A stretch of DNA of 64,000 nucleotides from Candidatus Pacebacteria bacterium CG_4_9_14_0_2_um_filter_40_15 (GCA_002788675.1 PFRS01000008.1:3233-67232); one strand, 5' to 3'; counted from the stretch's first letter, positions 38,761-50,176 are shown. Program-made: numbers and translations. Notes: a model not told the origin generated them from the sequence alone.

Positions 38761-39746
38761 AAAAAAGAGTACTTTCAGGAATGCGCCCAACGGGCCGACT
38801 ACACTTGGGAAATTATTTAGGAGCTGCTAAAGGAATGTTAGCGCTTCAAGATGATCCAGACTACGAAACATTGTTTACGGTTGTTGATATTCACGCTACC
38901 ACCACTCCATACGATGCAAAAACCTTGCAACAGAGCGCACGGGATGTGTTTATAGATTATCTTTCAATTGGACTTGATCCAGAAAAAAGTGCCATCAACA
39001 TTCAGTCTGATTTGGCTGATGTAATTACGCAGCTTTCGTTTTATGTTTCATCAGTGATGACTGTTGCGCGTATGCAACATCTGCCAACGTTTAAAGATAA
39101 AGTAAAACAGCATCCAGATAATGTGACCATGGCGTTGCTGAACTATCCGTTGCTTATGGCTGCAGATATTCTTATCTATAAAGCCAGTAAAGTTCCGGTG
39201 GGAATTGATCAAGAGCCTCACCTGGAAGTTGCCCGAGAAGTTGCGCGTAAAATGAACGAGCAGTTTGGCATGGATTTTCCAGAGCCAACTCGTTTTGCAA
39301 CAAAGGGCGAGTATGTGCCCTCTCTGCTTGGTGAAGGTAAGATGAGTAAATCGGTTGAAGGTTCCTCTATTGAGTTGAATGATGACCTAGATACTATTGT
39401 AGCTAAGTTGAAAAAAGCTCCTACAGATGCAGGAACTGGTGCAGCAGTACCAACTTCAGGTGGAGTTGCCAATCTTTTCCAATTTGTTGAACTTTTCCAG
39501 GGTGAAGCAAAGCGACGCGAATATGAAGCTGCATATACAGGTAGTGGGGTTCGCTATGGAGATCTTAAAAAAGAATTAGCACAGGCAATTTTTGATGAGT
39601 TACGTCCAATTCAGAAAAAACGAGCTGAGCTTGAGGCAAATCCAGACTATGTTGATCGAATCATTAAAGAAGGAGCAGATCGTTCACGCGTAATTGCAGA
39701 AGCAACTGTAGCAGAAGTTCGTGAAAAAATGGGACTTCGTAAATAA
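38757..39746 (+). CDS. trpS: Tryptophanyl-tRNA synthetase
   Basis: SGMRPTGRLHLGNY, YPLLMAADIL, VPVGIDQEPHLE, KMSKS. Confidence 0.97.
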   Translation: MKKRVLSGMRPTGRLHLGNYLGAAKGMLALQDDPDYETLFTVVDIHATTTPYDAKTLQQSARDVFIDYLSIGLDPEKSAINIQSDLADVITQLSFYVSSVMTVARMQHLPTFKDKVKQHPDNVTMALLNYPLLMAADILIYKASKVPVGIDQEPHLEVAREVARKMNEQFGMDFPEPTRFATKGEYVPSLLGEGKMSKSVEGSSIELNDDLDTIVAKLKKAPTDAGTGAAVPTSGGVANLFQFVELFQGEAKRREYEAAYTGSGVRYGDLKKELAQAIFDELRPIQKKRAELEANPDYVDRIIKEGADRSRVIAEATVAEVREKMGLRK

Positions 39747-39777
39747 AGTAAAAAAGATACCAAATGGAAAACCAAAC

Positions 39778-40107
39778 ATGAAAGAAGAAATTCAATACGA
39801 CGATTTTGTAAAACTAGACATTAGAGTAGCAAAAATTATTGCTGCAGAGCCAATTGAGGGTGCAGATAAATTACTTAAGATTACGCTTGATGTGGGCGAG
39901 TTAGGTGAAAGAACTGTTGCAGCTGGGATCAAAGCCTGGTATTCTCCAGAAGAGCTGGTTGGGAAAACTGTCACCTACTTGGCAAACCTAGCACCCCGCA
40001 TGTTGCGCGGAGTTGAGAGCCAAGGCATGCTCCTGGCAGGAGGAGATGAAACTGTGGCTTTGCTGGCTCCTGAAAAGGCGCTTGCGCCTGGCAGTATAGT
40101 TCGTTAG
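39778..40107 (+). CDS. tRNA-binding OB-fold protein (Trbp111/MetRS C-terminal-like)
   Basis: DFVKLDIRVAKI, GADKLL, NLAPRMLRGVESQGMLL. Confidence 0.9.
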   Translation: MKEEIQYDDFVKLDIRVAKIIAAEPIEGADKLLKITLDVGELGERTVAAGIKAWYSPEELVGKTVTYLANLAPRMLRGVESQGMLLAGGDETVALLAPEKALAPGSIVR

Positions 40108-40193
40108 AATTCGGTATGTTTTCAGAAATGGTGCGTGACTTGAACCAGCGCACAGTTCTGTGTAAGCAAGATGAAAGGTTCAGGTGTTAGTGT

Positions 40194-42149
40194 ATGACTG
40201 ATAAATCAAAAAAAACTAAAAAAGTTGAAATGAAGATTAATCTTAATGATCTGTTTAGTAAAGGGCTGCTCTTTATTTTAATTGGAGTGCTGTTCTTACC
40301 ATTTATTTTAAATCTGGTAAATGGCGGTACAATTGAAGTTATTTCTTTGAGTCAGTTTGTTTCTGACGTTCGTGAAGAAAAAATTGAAAAAGTTGACGTC
40401 CGTGGTGAAGAACTTATGCTAACTTACGCAGATGGCTCGGAAAAGACCACTCGTAAAGAAGCAGGGCAAGGAATCGTCGACATTTTATCTGCCTCGGATA
40501 TAGATGTAAATAGTACCAGTCTGGAGATAAAAGATCTTTCCTTTTCTGCGATGTTTTGGGAATTAATGGTTAGCATTTTGCCTATTATCTTGATGGTAGT
40601 ATTTTTCTTTTTCTTGTTTAGGCAAGCAAGAGGCGGTGCTGGGGACATGATGGGCATGGGCAAAAGCAAAGCAAAGCTTTTTGTGAAGGGCAAGCAAAAT
40701 ACCAAGTTTGATGACGTAGGGGGTATGGATGAAGCAAAAAAAGAGCTTGAAGAAATTGTTGACTTCCTTAAGAATCCAAAGAAATACGAAAAAGTTGGAG
40801 CACGCACCCCAAAAGGTGTGCTCTTAGTTGGTCCTGCGGGAACTGGTAAAACGCTCCTTGCTCGAGCTGTTGCTGGAGAGGCAAATGTGCAGTTTCTCTC
40901 AATTGCTGGAAGTGAATTTATGGAAATGTTAGTTGGTGTGGGTGCGTCTCGTGTTCGCGACCTTTTTACGACCGCCAAAAAACTATCTCCTGCTATTATT
41001 TTTATCGATGAAATTGACGCCATCGGTCGCATGAGAGGTCAAGGCAACATGGGTGGTCATGATGAGCGTGAGCAAACTCTCAACCAGATTTTAGTTGAGA
41101 TGGATGGGTTTGCTCAAAATGAAAAAGTGATTGTTATGGCTGCAACAAATCGAGGTGATATGTTGGATCCAGCTTTAGTGCGCCCAGGCCGTTTTGATCG
41201 CCGAGTGTTAGTGCGACTTCCAGACTTGGAAGAGCGAAAATATATTTTGAGTATCCATGCCAAGGGAAAGCCTTTTGTATCAAATCTTACTTGGGAAAAA
41301 GTTGCACGCCGAACAGTCGGATTTTCAGGTGCTGATTTAGAAAACATGCTTAATGAAGCTGCGATTGCGGTGGCCCGTGAAGCGCGTACAGAAATTACCA
41401 TGGAAGACATTGAGGAAGCTTCACTCAAAGTGAAACTTGGTCCAAGTAAGAAGAGACTCCAAGATAAACACGAACGAGAAATGACTGCGTACCACGAAGC
41501 TGGTCATGCGCTTATTGCTCATTTATCTGCTCATGCAGATCCAGTGCACCGTATTTCAATTGTTTCACGCGGTCGAGCACTTGGATTTACGCTCACGCCA
41601 CCTGAAAAAGATAAGTTACAAACAACAAAATCTGAACTCATTGATCGAATTGCGGTACTAATGGGGGGAAGAGCTGCCGAAGAACTCATCTTTAGTGAGC
41701 TGACTGCAGGAGCAAGTAGCGACATCGAGCGAGCAACTCGCATAGCACGAGCTATGGTTACAGAGTACGGCATGAGTACACTTGGTCCTATGAACTATAC
41801 ACCACTCTACGACAATCAAGATTTCGGTCGTGCATGGGGTGAGGCAAGTCATATTTCAGCCAAGGTTCAGGAACAAGTTGATGAAGAAACGCAACGATTC
41901 TTAGCCGAAGGCTATGCTCAGGCTTTTAAATTGCTTAAAGCAAATAAGAAAACGCTCGATGCGGTTTCTCAGAAGTTGGTTGATGTTGAATCACTTGACG
42001 CTGATGAGTTTGCCAAGTTGATGGGTGAATCAAAGACAAAGTTTGAGTACAAGCCAGTGCTGTCTTCTAAAATTTCAGACGCGAAGGTTGCGGAAGAAAA
42101 AGAAGAAAAGCGAGTAGCTTCAGAAAAAAAATCTAAAAAAAGTAAGTAA
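40194..42149 (+). CDS. ftsH: ATP-dependent zinc metalloprotease FtsH
   Basis: Two TM helices, [27 protein letters not shown]. Confidence 0.97.
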   Translation: MTDKSKKTKKVEMKINLNDLFSKGLLFILIGVLFLPFILNLVNGGTIEVISLSQFVSDVREEKIEKVDVRGEELMLTYADGSEKTTRKEAGQGIVDILSASDIDVNSTSLEIKDLSFSAMFWELMVSILPIILMVVFFFFLFRQARGGAGDMMGMGKSKAKLFVKGKQNTKFDDVGGMDEAKKELEEIVDFLKNPKKYEKVGARTPKGVLLVGPAGTGKTLLARAVAGEANVQFLSIAGSEFMEMLVGVGASRVRDLFTTAKKLSPAIIFIDEIDAIGRMRGQGNMGGHDEREQTLNQILVEMDGFAQNEKVIVMAATNRGDMLDPALVRPGRFDRRVLVRLPDLEERKYILSIHAKGKPFVSNLTWEKVARRTVGFSGADLENMLNEAAIAVAREARTEITMEDIEEASLKVKLGPSKKRLQDKHEREMTAYHEAGHALIAHLSAHADPVHRISIVSRGRALGFTLTPPEKDKLQTTKSELIDRIAVLMGGRAAEELIFSELTAGASSDIERATRIARAMVTEYGMSTLGPMNYTPLYDNQDFGRAWGEASHISAKVQEQVDEETQRFLAEGYAQAFKLLKANKKTLDAVSQKLVDVESLDADEFAKLMGESKTKFEYKPVLSSKISDAKVAEEKEEKRVASEKKSKKSK

Positions 42150-42214
42150 TTTTTTTATGAGGTCGAAAGTATTGACTGTGTAATCTGCTTCTAAAAAAAT
42201 GATAGACTGAGCCA

Positions 42215-43204
42215 ATGATAAATACTGCAGAATTCAAGAAGCTTGCTCTGGAAGAAGAATATGAGGAACGTGATCGATTCATAATTTTTGATGGTCATGC
42301 CCTTATGTATCGTGCATTTCATGCGTTTCCCGAGCTGACTTCTCCCCAAGGTATTCCAGTAAATGCCGTATATGGTTTTACTCGCATCTTACTGACTGTT
42401 ATTCGTGATTTTGAACCTGAGTACATTGCAGTCGCATTTGACCATAAATCAAAAACAAAGCGTGCTGAAAAACACGAAAGTTATAAAGCAAACAGGCCTC
42501 CCATGCCAGAAGAGTTGCGGCCACAAGTGGACATAATTAAGTCTGTTGTTAAGGCGCTCAATATTCCAACATTCATTCAAGAAGGTGAAGAAGCTGATGA
42601 TTTGATTGGTACTATTGCAACTGAAATGAGAGCATCTGGAAAGTCAGATAAAACGCTCACCACCGTGGTGTCTGGGGACAAAGATTTGCTGCAATTGGTA
42701 AATGAAGATGTCTCAATTTGGATTCCAGGTAGTAAATGGACAAAGGATACTGAATATTTTGAGACTGAAGTGATTAAAAAAATGGGTGTGCGACCCAATC
42801 AAGTTGTAGATCTCAAAGCATTAATGGGTGATGCTTCTGACAATATTCCAGGTGTTCCTGGTATTGGAAAAGTAACAGCCAGAAAGTTACTCTCTGAGTT
42901 TGGTTCACTAGACAAAGTGTACCAGGCAGTAGATCGCATTGCGGAATCTGGTGAAAAACATGCGTTGCTTAAGGGTGCCACGCTCAAGAAGATGGTGGAA
43001 GGCAAAGAATCAGCATTTATGAGTCAGGAACTCGCAAGAATTGACGTCCACGTACCCATAGATTTTGATTTAACAAAATGCACGGTTAGAGATTACGATA
43101 AACAAGAAGTAATTGATGTGTTTGATTCACTTGAGTTTTCATCTTTAGTTAGATTATTACCTAGTGATAGATTTGAAGAATCTCTGCAGGAGGCATTGTT
43201 CTAA
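42215..43204 (+). CDS. Stand-alone 5'-3' exonuclease (PolA N-terminal-like flap endonuclease)
   Basis: DGHALMYRAFHA, NAVYGF, YKANR, EADDLIGT, SGDKD, GDASDNIPGVPGIG; no polymerase domain. Confidence 0.92.
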   Translation: MINTAEFKKLALEEEYEERDRFIIFDGHALMYRAFHAFPELTSPQGIPVNAVYGFTRILLTVIRDFEPEYIAVAFDHKSKTKRAEKHESYKANRPPMPEELRPQVDIIKSVVKALNIPTFIQEGEEADDLIGTIATEMRASGKSDKTLTTVVSGDKDLLQLVNEDVSIWIPGSKWTKDTEYFETEVIKKMGVRPNQVVDLKALMGDASDNIPGVPGIGKVTARKLLSEFGSLDKVYQAVDRIAESGEKHALLKGATLKKMVEGKESAFMSQELARIDVHVPIDFDLTKCTVRDYDKQEVIDVFDSLEFSSLVRLLPSDRFEESLQEALF

Positions 43205-44343
43205 TGAAAAAGAAAAAAGATCTCAAAGTTGCGCTGGTTCATGACTATTTACGAGAATACGGTGGCGCTGAACGCGTAGTTGAAGCTCTGCATGAACTTT
43301 TTCCAGATGCTCCAGTATATACTGCATTCTTTGATCCTGATGCCTTAGGCATGCATGCGGGGCGTTTTGATGGTTGGGATATTCGTGAGACTTGGATTAC
43401 GAAACTGCCTTTTTACAAGAAGTTGTTTTCTCCCTATCGAATTTTTGCACCAAAAGCTTTTGAAAGTCTTGATTTGTCCGAATATGACGTAGTCATTTCT
43501 TCAACAAATGCCTATTTTGCTAAAGCTGTAACGACACAGAGTGGCTCAAAAAAAGCTAATCATTACTGTTACTGTCACACACCAGCTCGATCGTTGTATG
43601 GCTATACAACCATGACTGATTGGAAGCGTAATCCCTTTACTCGTGTTATTGGCACGCTTATGAATCATTATCTGCGAGTAGTTGATTTCCAGATTGCTCA
43701 GCACGATTTTAAGTTTATTGCCAATAGTGGTGAAACAAAACGTCGCATAGCAAAATTCTATCGCAGAGATTCAGTTGTTATTTTTCCTCCTGTTGATGTG
43801 CAGAAAGTATCAGATACAGAACATAAGAACCTTAAAAAGCGCTCTGGTGACTATTATCTGTATGTGGGCAGACTAGCGGCGAGTAAACACGTTGATTTAG
43901 CAATTAAAGCATGTACCCAGTTAGGTGTGCAACTAAAAGTTGTGGGTTCTGGCAAAGGTGAAGAGTATCTTCGCAGCATGGCTGGTCCCAGCATTGAGTT
44001 CTTAGGTGGCGTTACAGACGAAGTTTTGCATGATGTCTATGCCGGGGCAAAAGCACTTATCTTTCCGGCTGAAGATGAGGATTTTGGTATCGTACCAATT
44101 GAAGCAATGGGACACGGAGTTCCTGTTCTAGCACACAGGTCTGGAGGGCCACGCGAGACAATCCTTGAAGGCAAAACCGGGTTGTTCTTTGATGAGTTAA
44201 CGGTTAAAAGTTTAGTTGAAAAAATGCAGCAGTTTGAGACTGAAGAAAAAAAATTTAATTCTTCAGCAATTTATACTCATGCGCTTGAGTTTAGAAAAGA
44301 GCGATTTCAGAAAGAGATAGTAGAGCTTATTTCTTCTTTATAG
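43204..44343 (+). CDS. Glycosyltransferase family 4
   Basis: VALVHDYL..YGGAERV, YCHTPAR, EDFGIVPIEAM. Confidence 0.92.
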   Translation: MKKKKDLKVALVHDYLREYGGAERVVEALHELFPDAPVYTAFFDPDALGMHAGRFDGWDIRETWITKLPFYKKLFSPYRIFAPKAFESLDLSEYDVVISSTNAYFAKAVTTQSGSKKANHYCYCHTPARSLYGYTTMTDWKRNPFTRVIGTLMNHYLRVVDFQIAQHDFKFIANSGETKRRIAKFYRRDSVVIFPPVDVQKVSDTEHKNLKKRSGDYYLYVGRLAASKHVDLAIKACTQLGVQLKVVGSGKGEEYLRSMAGPSIEFLGGVTDEVLHDVYAGAKALIFPAEDEDFGIVPIEAMGHGVPVLAHRSGGPRETILEGKTGLFFDELTVKSLVEKMQQFETEEKKFNSSAIYTHALEFRKERFQKEIVELISSL

Positions 44344-45742
44344 TAATCATCACCACAGTATTTGCAGGCATATGAATATTCGTTACCAATGAACCATCAC
44401 TGACACTTGCTGCTGTAGATTGAACTTGCCCAGTGTGGAATTCTTTGGTCACTGTATAGCTCCCGTTGGGTAGATTCTTAATTGTGATTGGTACTGCTTC
44501 ACTATGTTGTCCGTAGAGATCAAAATTCGAGAGCACAATCTGAGTGTCGCCAACATCATTTTTAGCAGCTAAACCTTTTACCCAGCTACCTTTTCCAAGC
44601 AGCTGCAGGCGTTGCGTGCCAATGCGATCTAACAATTTTAAGGCTGTGTAGCGGGGTTTGGGAGTTCCACCGAAGTCATTATGGGTAAGCATTCCCCATC
44701 GTCCCCAATTTCGCTCGCCCTTAGGATCTTTTCCATCTTGAATCTCAAAAACAAATGCACGCTCAACTATTCCGACCATTTCAATAGCTCCAGCAACGGT
44801 GTGAGCAGCCCCGTAGTTGCCATCATAGCCTGGATGATTCTCACTATCATGGCCCCACTCAGTAATGTGGAGTTCCAGTGAAGGTTCAAGGGTTGGATAT
44901 TTTTGTAGCCAGGTGCGCACGTTAGTCATGTCGTCACGGTATTGGTCGATGTCATTGTCGTATCGGTGCCAAGAGAAGAAATCAAAACGGATGTTATTGG
45001 TAACAGCATTTTTTGCTAAGGCATCAAACCAGTTTTTATACAGAGCCGTGGTGGCGGCGCCGCCAAATTTAAAGGGCTGGACACCGCGAACGCGGGCGGC
45101 GCCGCGAGCAGACGCATTATATAAAGACATGTAGTTGCGATCTCCATAGTACTTCCAGTCACCAAACAGATCAGGCTCATTCCAGACTTCATAGTACACA
45201 TTAGGAGTACGACGAGTGCCACTAATATGCTCGATGGTACGTTGTACAACAAGTTCCCAGTCGGCATAGTTTTTTGGTGGATCAATTATGCTGCCACTTG
45301 AAATAACTGGTGGCATGTAGGAGAGAGAAATATAGGGAGTGGCGCCAACAGCTTTCATGTCGTCGAGTAGTAAGTCGAGTTTGCTAAAGTCGAACGTTAA
45401 GTTACCGGGGGTTCCGCCTACTATGTCATAAAAATCATAGAGGTGGTCAATGCGAATGTAGGTGGGATGTAAGGCGCGAACTTGATTTTCGATTGGTTGT
45501 ATCCGCCAGGCATGATCTTCACCACCCTGAGCTAAATTTCTCCATGGGCGCGGCATGACGCCAACAACTTTTTGGGCATCAACCGAAATTTTAGCAGGTT
45601 CACCAGATGCTCTTGAAAAGAATTCTTTGACCACTTGGATCTGCGTACCGCCGATAACAGCGATAACCAATAAACTGAGCACCACAATTCCTTGGGCAAT
45701 CAGTTTAATCCGGTTTTTTTGTCTGTAATGGGTAACTCGCAT
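44327..45742 (-). CDS. Membrane-anchored glycoside hydrolase, GH39-like
   Basis: YEVWNEPD, FDFFSWHRY, LHITEWG; N-terminal TM. Confidence 0.8.
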   Translation of the reverse strand: MRVTHYRQKNRIKLIAQGIVVLSLLVIAVIGGTQIQVVKEFFSRASGEPAKISVDAQKVVGVMPRPWRNLAQGGEDHAWRIQPIENQVRALHPTYIRIDHLYDFYDIVGGTPGNLTFDFSKLDLLLDDMKAVGATPYISLSYMPPVISSGSIIDPPKNYADWELVVQRTIEHISGTRRTPNVYYEVWNEPDLFGDWKYYGDRNYMSLYNASARGAARVRGVQPFKFGGAATTALYKNWFDALAKNAVTNNIRFDFFSWHRYDNDIDQYRDDMTNVRTWLQKYPTLEPSLELHITEWGHDSENHPGYDGNYGAAHTVAGAIEMVGIVERAFVFEIQDGKDPKGERNWGRWGMLTHNDFGGTPKPRYTALKLLDRIGTQRLQLLGKGSWVKGLAAKNDVGDTQIVLSNFDLYGQHSEAVPITIKNLPNGSYTVTKEFHTGQVQSTAASVSDGSLVTNIHMPANTVVMITIKKK

Positions 45743-45821
45743 ACGTAGTATTAAGTGTAGCATTTTTTTGGTACAAATAAGATATATATTTTTACCTACA
45801 GTTCATAAAGAAAATAAAGTG

Positions 45822-46655
45822 ATGTTTCAAATTTCAAAACCAGTTGTTCAAGATTTTAAGGAAAAGGATGAGCGAGCTCCTGAAAGAGAAATTACGCCAG
45901 CTGAATACGAAGCCAAGAATCAAGAAAGAATGGCGGCGAATGGTGAGCTGATAAACAAGACCTTGCAGGTATTAACTTCAAAAAATATAGTATCTGATGC
46001 TGAAGTGGAAGCATTTGTTTTGCCAAACAGGAACATACCTATTCGCGCAATCAGAAAGTCGATTACAGAACTTTCAGAACAAATTACTGCTACCAATATG
46101 AGTGAATCTGAGCAAGAGGTGGCTCAGTTAGAGGCCACCAGATCACTTTTAGTCACAGAACTTCTCTATAGCGTGACGGGTTTAATCGAGAGTACGTTAC
46201 CCCGTAAGATCAATACGCTTGTATCAGAAATTAGAGCTTCACAATCCGTTGGTGAAGTAGTCGATACTGCCAAAGTTCAGCAACTTAAAGATATGCAGGC
46301 GCTTACACCACAATGGGAGGCATTAGTTACAAACAGTACTGATATGATGAAATATCTACGGGACAAACATCCACAGGAAATCACAAATATGTTTTTAGGA
46401 TCGCTGAATGAAGCACTCTTTATAGCTGTAAATAAAGATGCAGCAGCTTTATCAGTTGTGGAACTAAAAAGTGGCGGCGGAATGCTTGTTGATGAAATGT
46501 CTGAAGTGTCGATCTTTTTACAAAAATTACTTGCAATTGATGTGAGTGTTTTAACTACTCAGGCTGTTAGAGCTGAGGAAAACACAAAAACTCAACTTGA
46601 ACCTAAACAGCAACCACAAGATTCAGATGGTTCAGCATCTGTTGAAGAAGCATAA
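45822..46655 (+). CDS. Hypothetical helical protein
   Basis: Long open frame filling the gap before hrcA; no recognisable motif; start uncertain. Confidence 0.6.
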   Translation: MFQISKPVVQDFKEKDERAPEREITPAEYEAKNQERMAANGELINKTLQVLTSKNIVSDAEVEAFVLPNRNIPIRAIRKSITELSEQITATNMSESEQEVAQLEATRSLLVTELLYSVTGLIESTLPRKINTLVSEIRASQSVGEVVDTAKVQQLKDMQALTPQWEALVTNSTDMMKYLRDKHPQEITNMFLGSLNEALFIAVNKDAAALSVVELKSGGGMLVDEMSEVSIFLQKLLAIDVSVLTTQAVRAEENTKTQLEPKQQPQDSDGSASVEEA

Positions 46656-46671
46656 AGCACCCACTTTTTGC

Positions 46672-46706
46672 TTGACAATTTAGCAATCAAGTTCTATTAT
46701 TGCTAA
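46672..46706 (+). promoter_or_regulatory. hrcA promoter -35 box and CIRCE element
   Basis: TTGACA at 46672; TTAGCAATC-N9-TATTGCTAA at 46680-46706. Confidence 0.82.
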
Positions 46707-46748
46707 TACAGCACGAATATTTTAAAAGCGCTCTCTGCAGAGGGACAT

Positions 46749-47498
46749 ATGCGTGTTCGTAGAAATGAGAAGAGTATGATCGACCTAACCGCGAGACAAA
46801 TTCAAATTTTACGCGCAGTTATTGAAGAGTTTATCAACACAGCAGAAGCTGTGGGTTCTGAGACGATCGATAAGAAGTACTCTATTGGTGTTTCACCTGC
46901 AACAATCCGTAATGAGATGGTTTATCTCGAAAAGCAAGGCTACCTTAAAAAGGGCCACAGCAGTGCTGGCCGTTTACCCACCTCTTTGGCCATGAAGCTC
47001 TATGTGAATGAACTCATGAAAGAGCGCGAGCTTTCGGTTGCTGATGAAGTTTCTGCAAAAGAAAAAATTTGGAATAGTCGCAAAGAGATGGATGAGCTCT
47101 TGTATCAAATGACTCGAGTTTTGGCTGATAAATCAAAGGCCCTGTGTGTAACTGTGCTGGAAGATGACCGCATGTTTCAATCTGGGTACGCTAATCTACT
47201 ACAAATGCCAGAATTCTTTGATATAACCGTGATGCGAAACGTGTTGCAACTTTCAGAAGAAGCCAAACTTCTCGAGGAATTGTTTGATTCAGGCACCAGT
47301 GAGAACTTGGTCCATGTTATCTATGGTCCTGAAATGGGAAATATTCACTTAGCTCCAGTAGGCATGATTCATATGTCATTTGAAATTGATCAGAAAAAAG
47401 TACATGTTGGTGTGCTCGGATCAAGTCGATTCGATTACCCTTACGTTATTCCAGTAATGAAGTATTTGCGCGGACTTATCCGCGAAATTGTTGAATAA
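46749..47498 (+). CDS. hrcA: Heat-inducible repressor HrcA (short form; start may be 46776)
   Basis: LTARQIQILRAVIEEFI..AEAVGS, SPATIRNEM, HSSAGRLPT. Confidence 0.93.
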   Translation: MRVRRNEKSMIDLTARQIQILRAVIEEFINTAEAVGSETIDKKYSIGVSPATIRNEMVYLEKQGYLKKGHSSAGRLPTSLAMKLYVNELMKERELSVADEVSAKEKIWNSRKEMDELLYQMTRVLADKSKALCVTVLEDDRMFQSGYANLLQMPEFFDITVMRNVLQLSEEAKLLEELFDSGTSENLVHVIYGPEMGNIHLAPVGMIHMSFEIDQKKVHVGVLGSSRFDYPYVIPVMKYLRGLIREIVE

Positions 47499-47543
47499 AT
47501 TAGATAAAATTACGTGCCTTGCGCATGATTAGAAGTGAGTACT

Positions 47544-48035
47544 ATGACAGATAACACTCAAAATCCAGAAGAACAGCTAGAAGACCAAAGTACTGGAGAG
47601 TCACAAGTTCTTGAAGATACACTAGATGACGAAGTAGCAGAGCTGCAACTAAAGCTAGTTGAAGCTGAACAAAAATATCAGCGAGCAATAGCTGATTACC
47701 ACAACCTAGTACGTCGCAACCGTGAAGAAGCAGTCAAGAAAGCCCGATTGGCCACAAAAGATTTTGTTTCAAATCTGGTTGAACCACTTAATCATCTTGC
47801 ACTTGCTGCTCAGCAAATTAACGATCCAGGTTTAAACATGGTTGTTACTCAATTGTGGCAAACGCTTAATCAAGAAGGCTTAGAGCAAGTTGAGTGTTTA
47901 GGTACGCCTTTTGACGCTGAAACTATGGAAGTTGTTGAAATTACAAAGGTAGGAAAAAAAGTCACTAAAGTTCTTTCGCCATGTTACCGTTTAAATGGCG
48001 AAATTATTCAATTTGCAAAAGTAATTTTGGATTAA
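47544..48035 (+). CDS. grpE: Nucleotide exchange factor GrpE
   Basis: RAIADYHNLVRR, GTPFD, YRLNGEIIQFAKV; between hrcA and dnaK. Confidence 0.9.
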   Translation: MTDNTQNPEEQLEDQSTGESQVLEDTLDDEVAELQLKLVEAEQKYQRAIADYHNLVRRNREEAVKKARLATKDFVSNLVEPLNHLALAAQQINDPGLNMVVTQLWQTLNQEGLEQVECLGTPFDAETMEVVEITKVGKKVTKVLSPCYRLNGEIIQFAKVILD

Positions 48036-48108
48036 TTCTGTAGAAACAAATTTTTTTAAGCAGGCATTTTAGCCTGCTATAAGCAACTTAAAAGTACAGT
48101 TCTCAAAA

Positions 48109-48158
48109 TTAGCAGTCAAAGTAAAATACTGCTTGCAGTCGCAGGCTTTGTTTGCTAA
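48109..48158 (+). promoter_or_regulatory. Two overlapping CIRCE-like elements upstream of dnaK
   Basis: TTAGCAGTC-N9-TACTGCTTG (48109-48135) and CTTGCAGTC-N9-GTTTGCTAA (48132-48158). Confidence 0.68.
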
Positions 48159-48253
48159 AATGAGCTCTATACAGAGAGAAAAAGACTGTCAAAAATGGCA
48201 AGAAATACTCTCAAAATCAAAAAGTAGTAGAACATAATATTCAAAGGAGAAAT

Positions 48254-50176
48254 ATGTCAGACTCTGGAAAAATAATCGGTATCGACCTTGGAACCACCAA
48301 CTCAGCAATTGCTGTTATGGAAGGCGGAACTGCCAAGATCATTCCAACTGCAGAAGGTCGCAACACCTTCCCATCAATTGTCTCTTTCAAAGGCAGTGAT
48401 GTCTCGGTAGGAGACGTTGCAAAACGCCAAATGGTCCTGAATCCTGCTAAGACTGTTAATTCAGTTAAGCGTTTCATGGGTGGAAAGTTCAAGGACAGTG
48501 CAGTAAAACAATCAATTAAACACGTTGCCTATGAAGTTACCGAAGGTAAAGACGGTATGGCTGTGGTTAAAATTGACAACAAGCAGCTTACTCCACAAGA
48601 AGTTTCAGCAAAAATCTTAGCAAAAGCAAAGGCAGATGCTGAAAGTTACCTTGGTGGAAAAGTTACTAGTGCAGTTATTACAGTACCTGCCTACTTCAAT
48701 GACGCGCAGCGCCAAGCTACAAAACAAGCAGGTGAAATTGCAGGTCTTAAAGTAGAACGTATCGTTAACGAGCCAACAGCCGCAGCACTGGCTTATGGTC
48801 TCGATAAAAAAGGCAACGAAATTATTGCGGTGTATGACCTTGGTGGTGGTACCTTCGATATTTCCATTTTAGATATTGGTGATGGTGTGTTCGAAGTTAA
48901 GTCTACTAATGGAGACACTTTTCTTGGTGGAGACGACTTCGACAGTAAAATCATTGATTGGATCGTATCTGAGTTCAAAAAAGAAACGGGCAAAGATCTT
49001 TCAAAAGATCCACAAGCACTGCAACGTGTAAAAGATACTGCTGAAAAGGCAAAAATTGAGCTTTCAAGTGCAACTTCAACCGACATTAATCAACCATTCA
49101 TTACCCAAGGAGATGATGGTCAGCCACTCCATCTAACTATGACTCTTACTCGAGCCAAGTTGGAAGAGTTGGTTGATGATCTCATTAAAAAGTCATTCGA
49201 ACCAGTTAAGAGTGCCCTTAAAGATGCCGGCATGAAGGCAAGTGATATCTCAGACATTGTTCTGGTTGGTGGTATGACTCGTATGCCAAAAATTCAGAAG
49301 GAAGTCGAAAAATTCTTCGGCAAGGCACCTCACAAAGGTGTGAATCCTGACGAAGTTGTGGCCATTGGTGCTGCAATTCAAGCAGGTGTTATAGGTGGAG
49401 ACGTGACTGATGTGGTCCTTCTCGACGTAACTCCACTTACTCTGGGATTAGAGACTCTGGGAAGTATCAGAACTGCCCTCATTGAGCGCAACACAACAAT
49501 TCCTACCAGTAAGTCACAGGTGTTCTCAACAGCTGCCGACAATCAGACTTCAGTGGAAATCCACGTCTTGCAAGGTGAACGTCAAATGGCTGCAGACAAC
49601 AAATCACTTGGAAAGTTCATTCTTGATGGAATTCCACCAGCACGACGCGGTGTGCCTCAGATTGAAGTTACCTTCGACATCGACAGTAACGGAATTCTGC
49701 ATGTCACTGCTAAAGATACTTCAACCGGTAAAGAACAAAAAATTACCATTCAAAACTCTACCAATCTCTCAGACGAAGAAGTCGAAAAGATGAAGGCTGA
49801 TGCAGAGAAGTATGCTGATGAAGACAAAAAGAAAAAAGAAACTGTCGAAGCTCGCAACCACGCAACCAGTGTTGCTTTCGAAATTGAAAAACAACTCGAG
49901 GAGTATGGCGACAAGCTTGAAGATGCAGATAAAAAGAACATTCAAGAAGATGTCACCAAACTTAAAGAACTCGCCGAAAAAGAAGATGTGACCAAAGAAG
50001 AGATCGACTCAGCTGTCGACGCAACCTTTAAGTCAGCTCAAAAGATTGGCGAAGTCATGCAAAAGGCTCAGCAGGCAGAAGCTGCCGCAGGGGCAACAGG
50101 CCCAGATGCAGATGTCAAAAAAACTGAAAAATCAGATGCAGACTCAGCTGAAGAGGGGGAAGTGGTTAACGAGTAA
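48254..50176 (+). CDS. dnaK: Chaperone DnaK
   Basis: [37 protein letters not shown]. Confidence 0.98.
   Translation: MSDSGKIIGIDLGTTNSAIAVMEGGTAKIIPTAEGRNTFPSIVSFKGSDVSVGDVAKRQMVLNPAKTVNSVKRFMGGKFKDSAVKQSIKHVAYEVTEGKDGMAVVKIDNKQLTPQEVSAKILAKAKADAESYLGGKVTSAVITVPAYFNDAQRQATKQAGEIAGLKVERIVNEPTAAALAYGLDKKGNEIIAVYDLGGGTFDISILDIGDGVFEVKSTNGDTFLGGDDFDSKIIDWIVSEFKKETGKDLSKDPQALQRVKDTAEKAKIELSSATSTDINQPFITQGDDGQPLHLTMTLTRAKLEELVDDLIKKSFEPVKSALKDAGMKASDISDIVLVGGMTRMPKIQKEVEKFFGKAPHKGVNPDEVVAIGAAIQAGVIGGDVTDVVLLDVTPLTLGLETLGSIRTALIERNTTIPTSKSQVFSTAADNQTSVEIHVLQGERQMAADNKSLGKFILDGIPPARRGVPQIEVTFDIDSNGILHVTAKDTSTGKEQKITIQNSTNLSDEEVEKMKADAEKYADEDKKKKETVEARNHATSVAFEIEKQLEEYGDKLEDADKKNIQEDVTKLKELAEKEDVTKEEIDSAVDATFKSAQKIGEVMQKAQQAEAAAGATGPDADVKKTEKSDADSAEEGEVVNE

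Noticed and set aside
40424-41852. Long antisense ORFs within ftsH (likewise within groEL, dnaK, nusA)
   Set aside because: Expected antisense shadows of conserved genes with biased codon usage.
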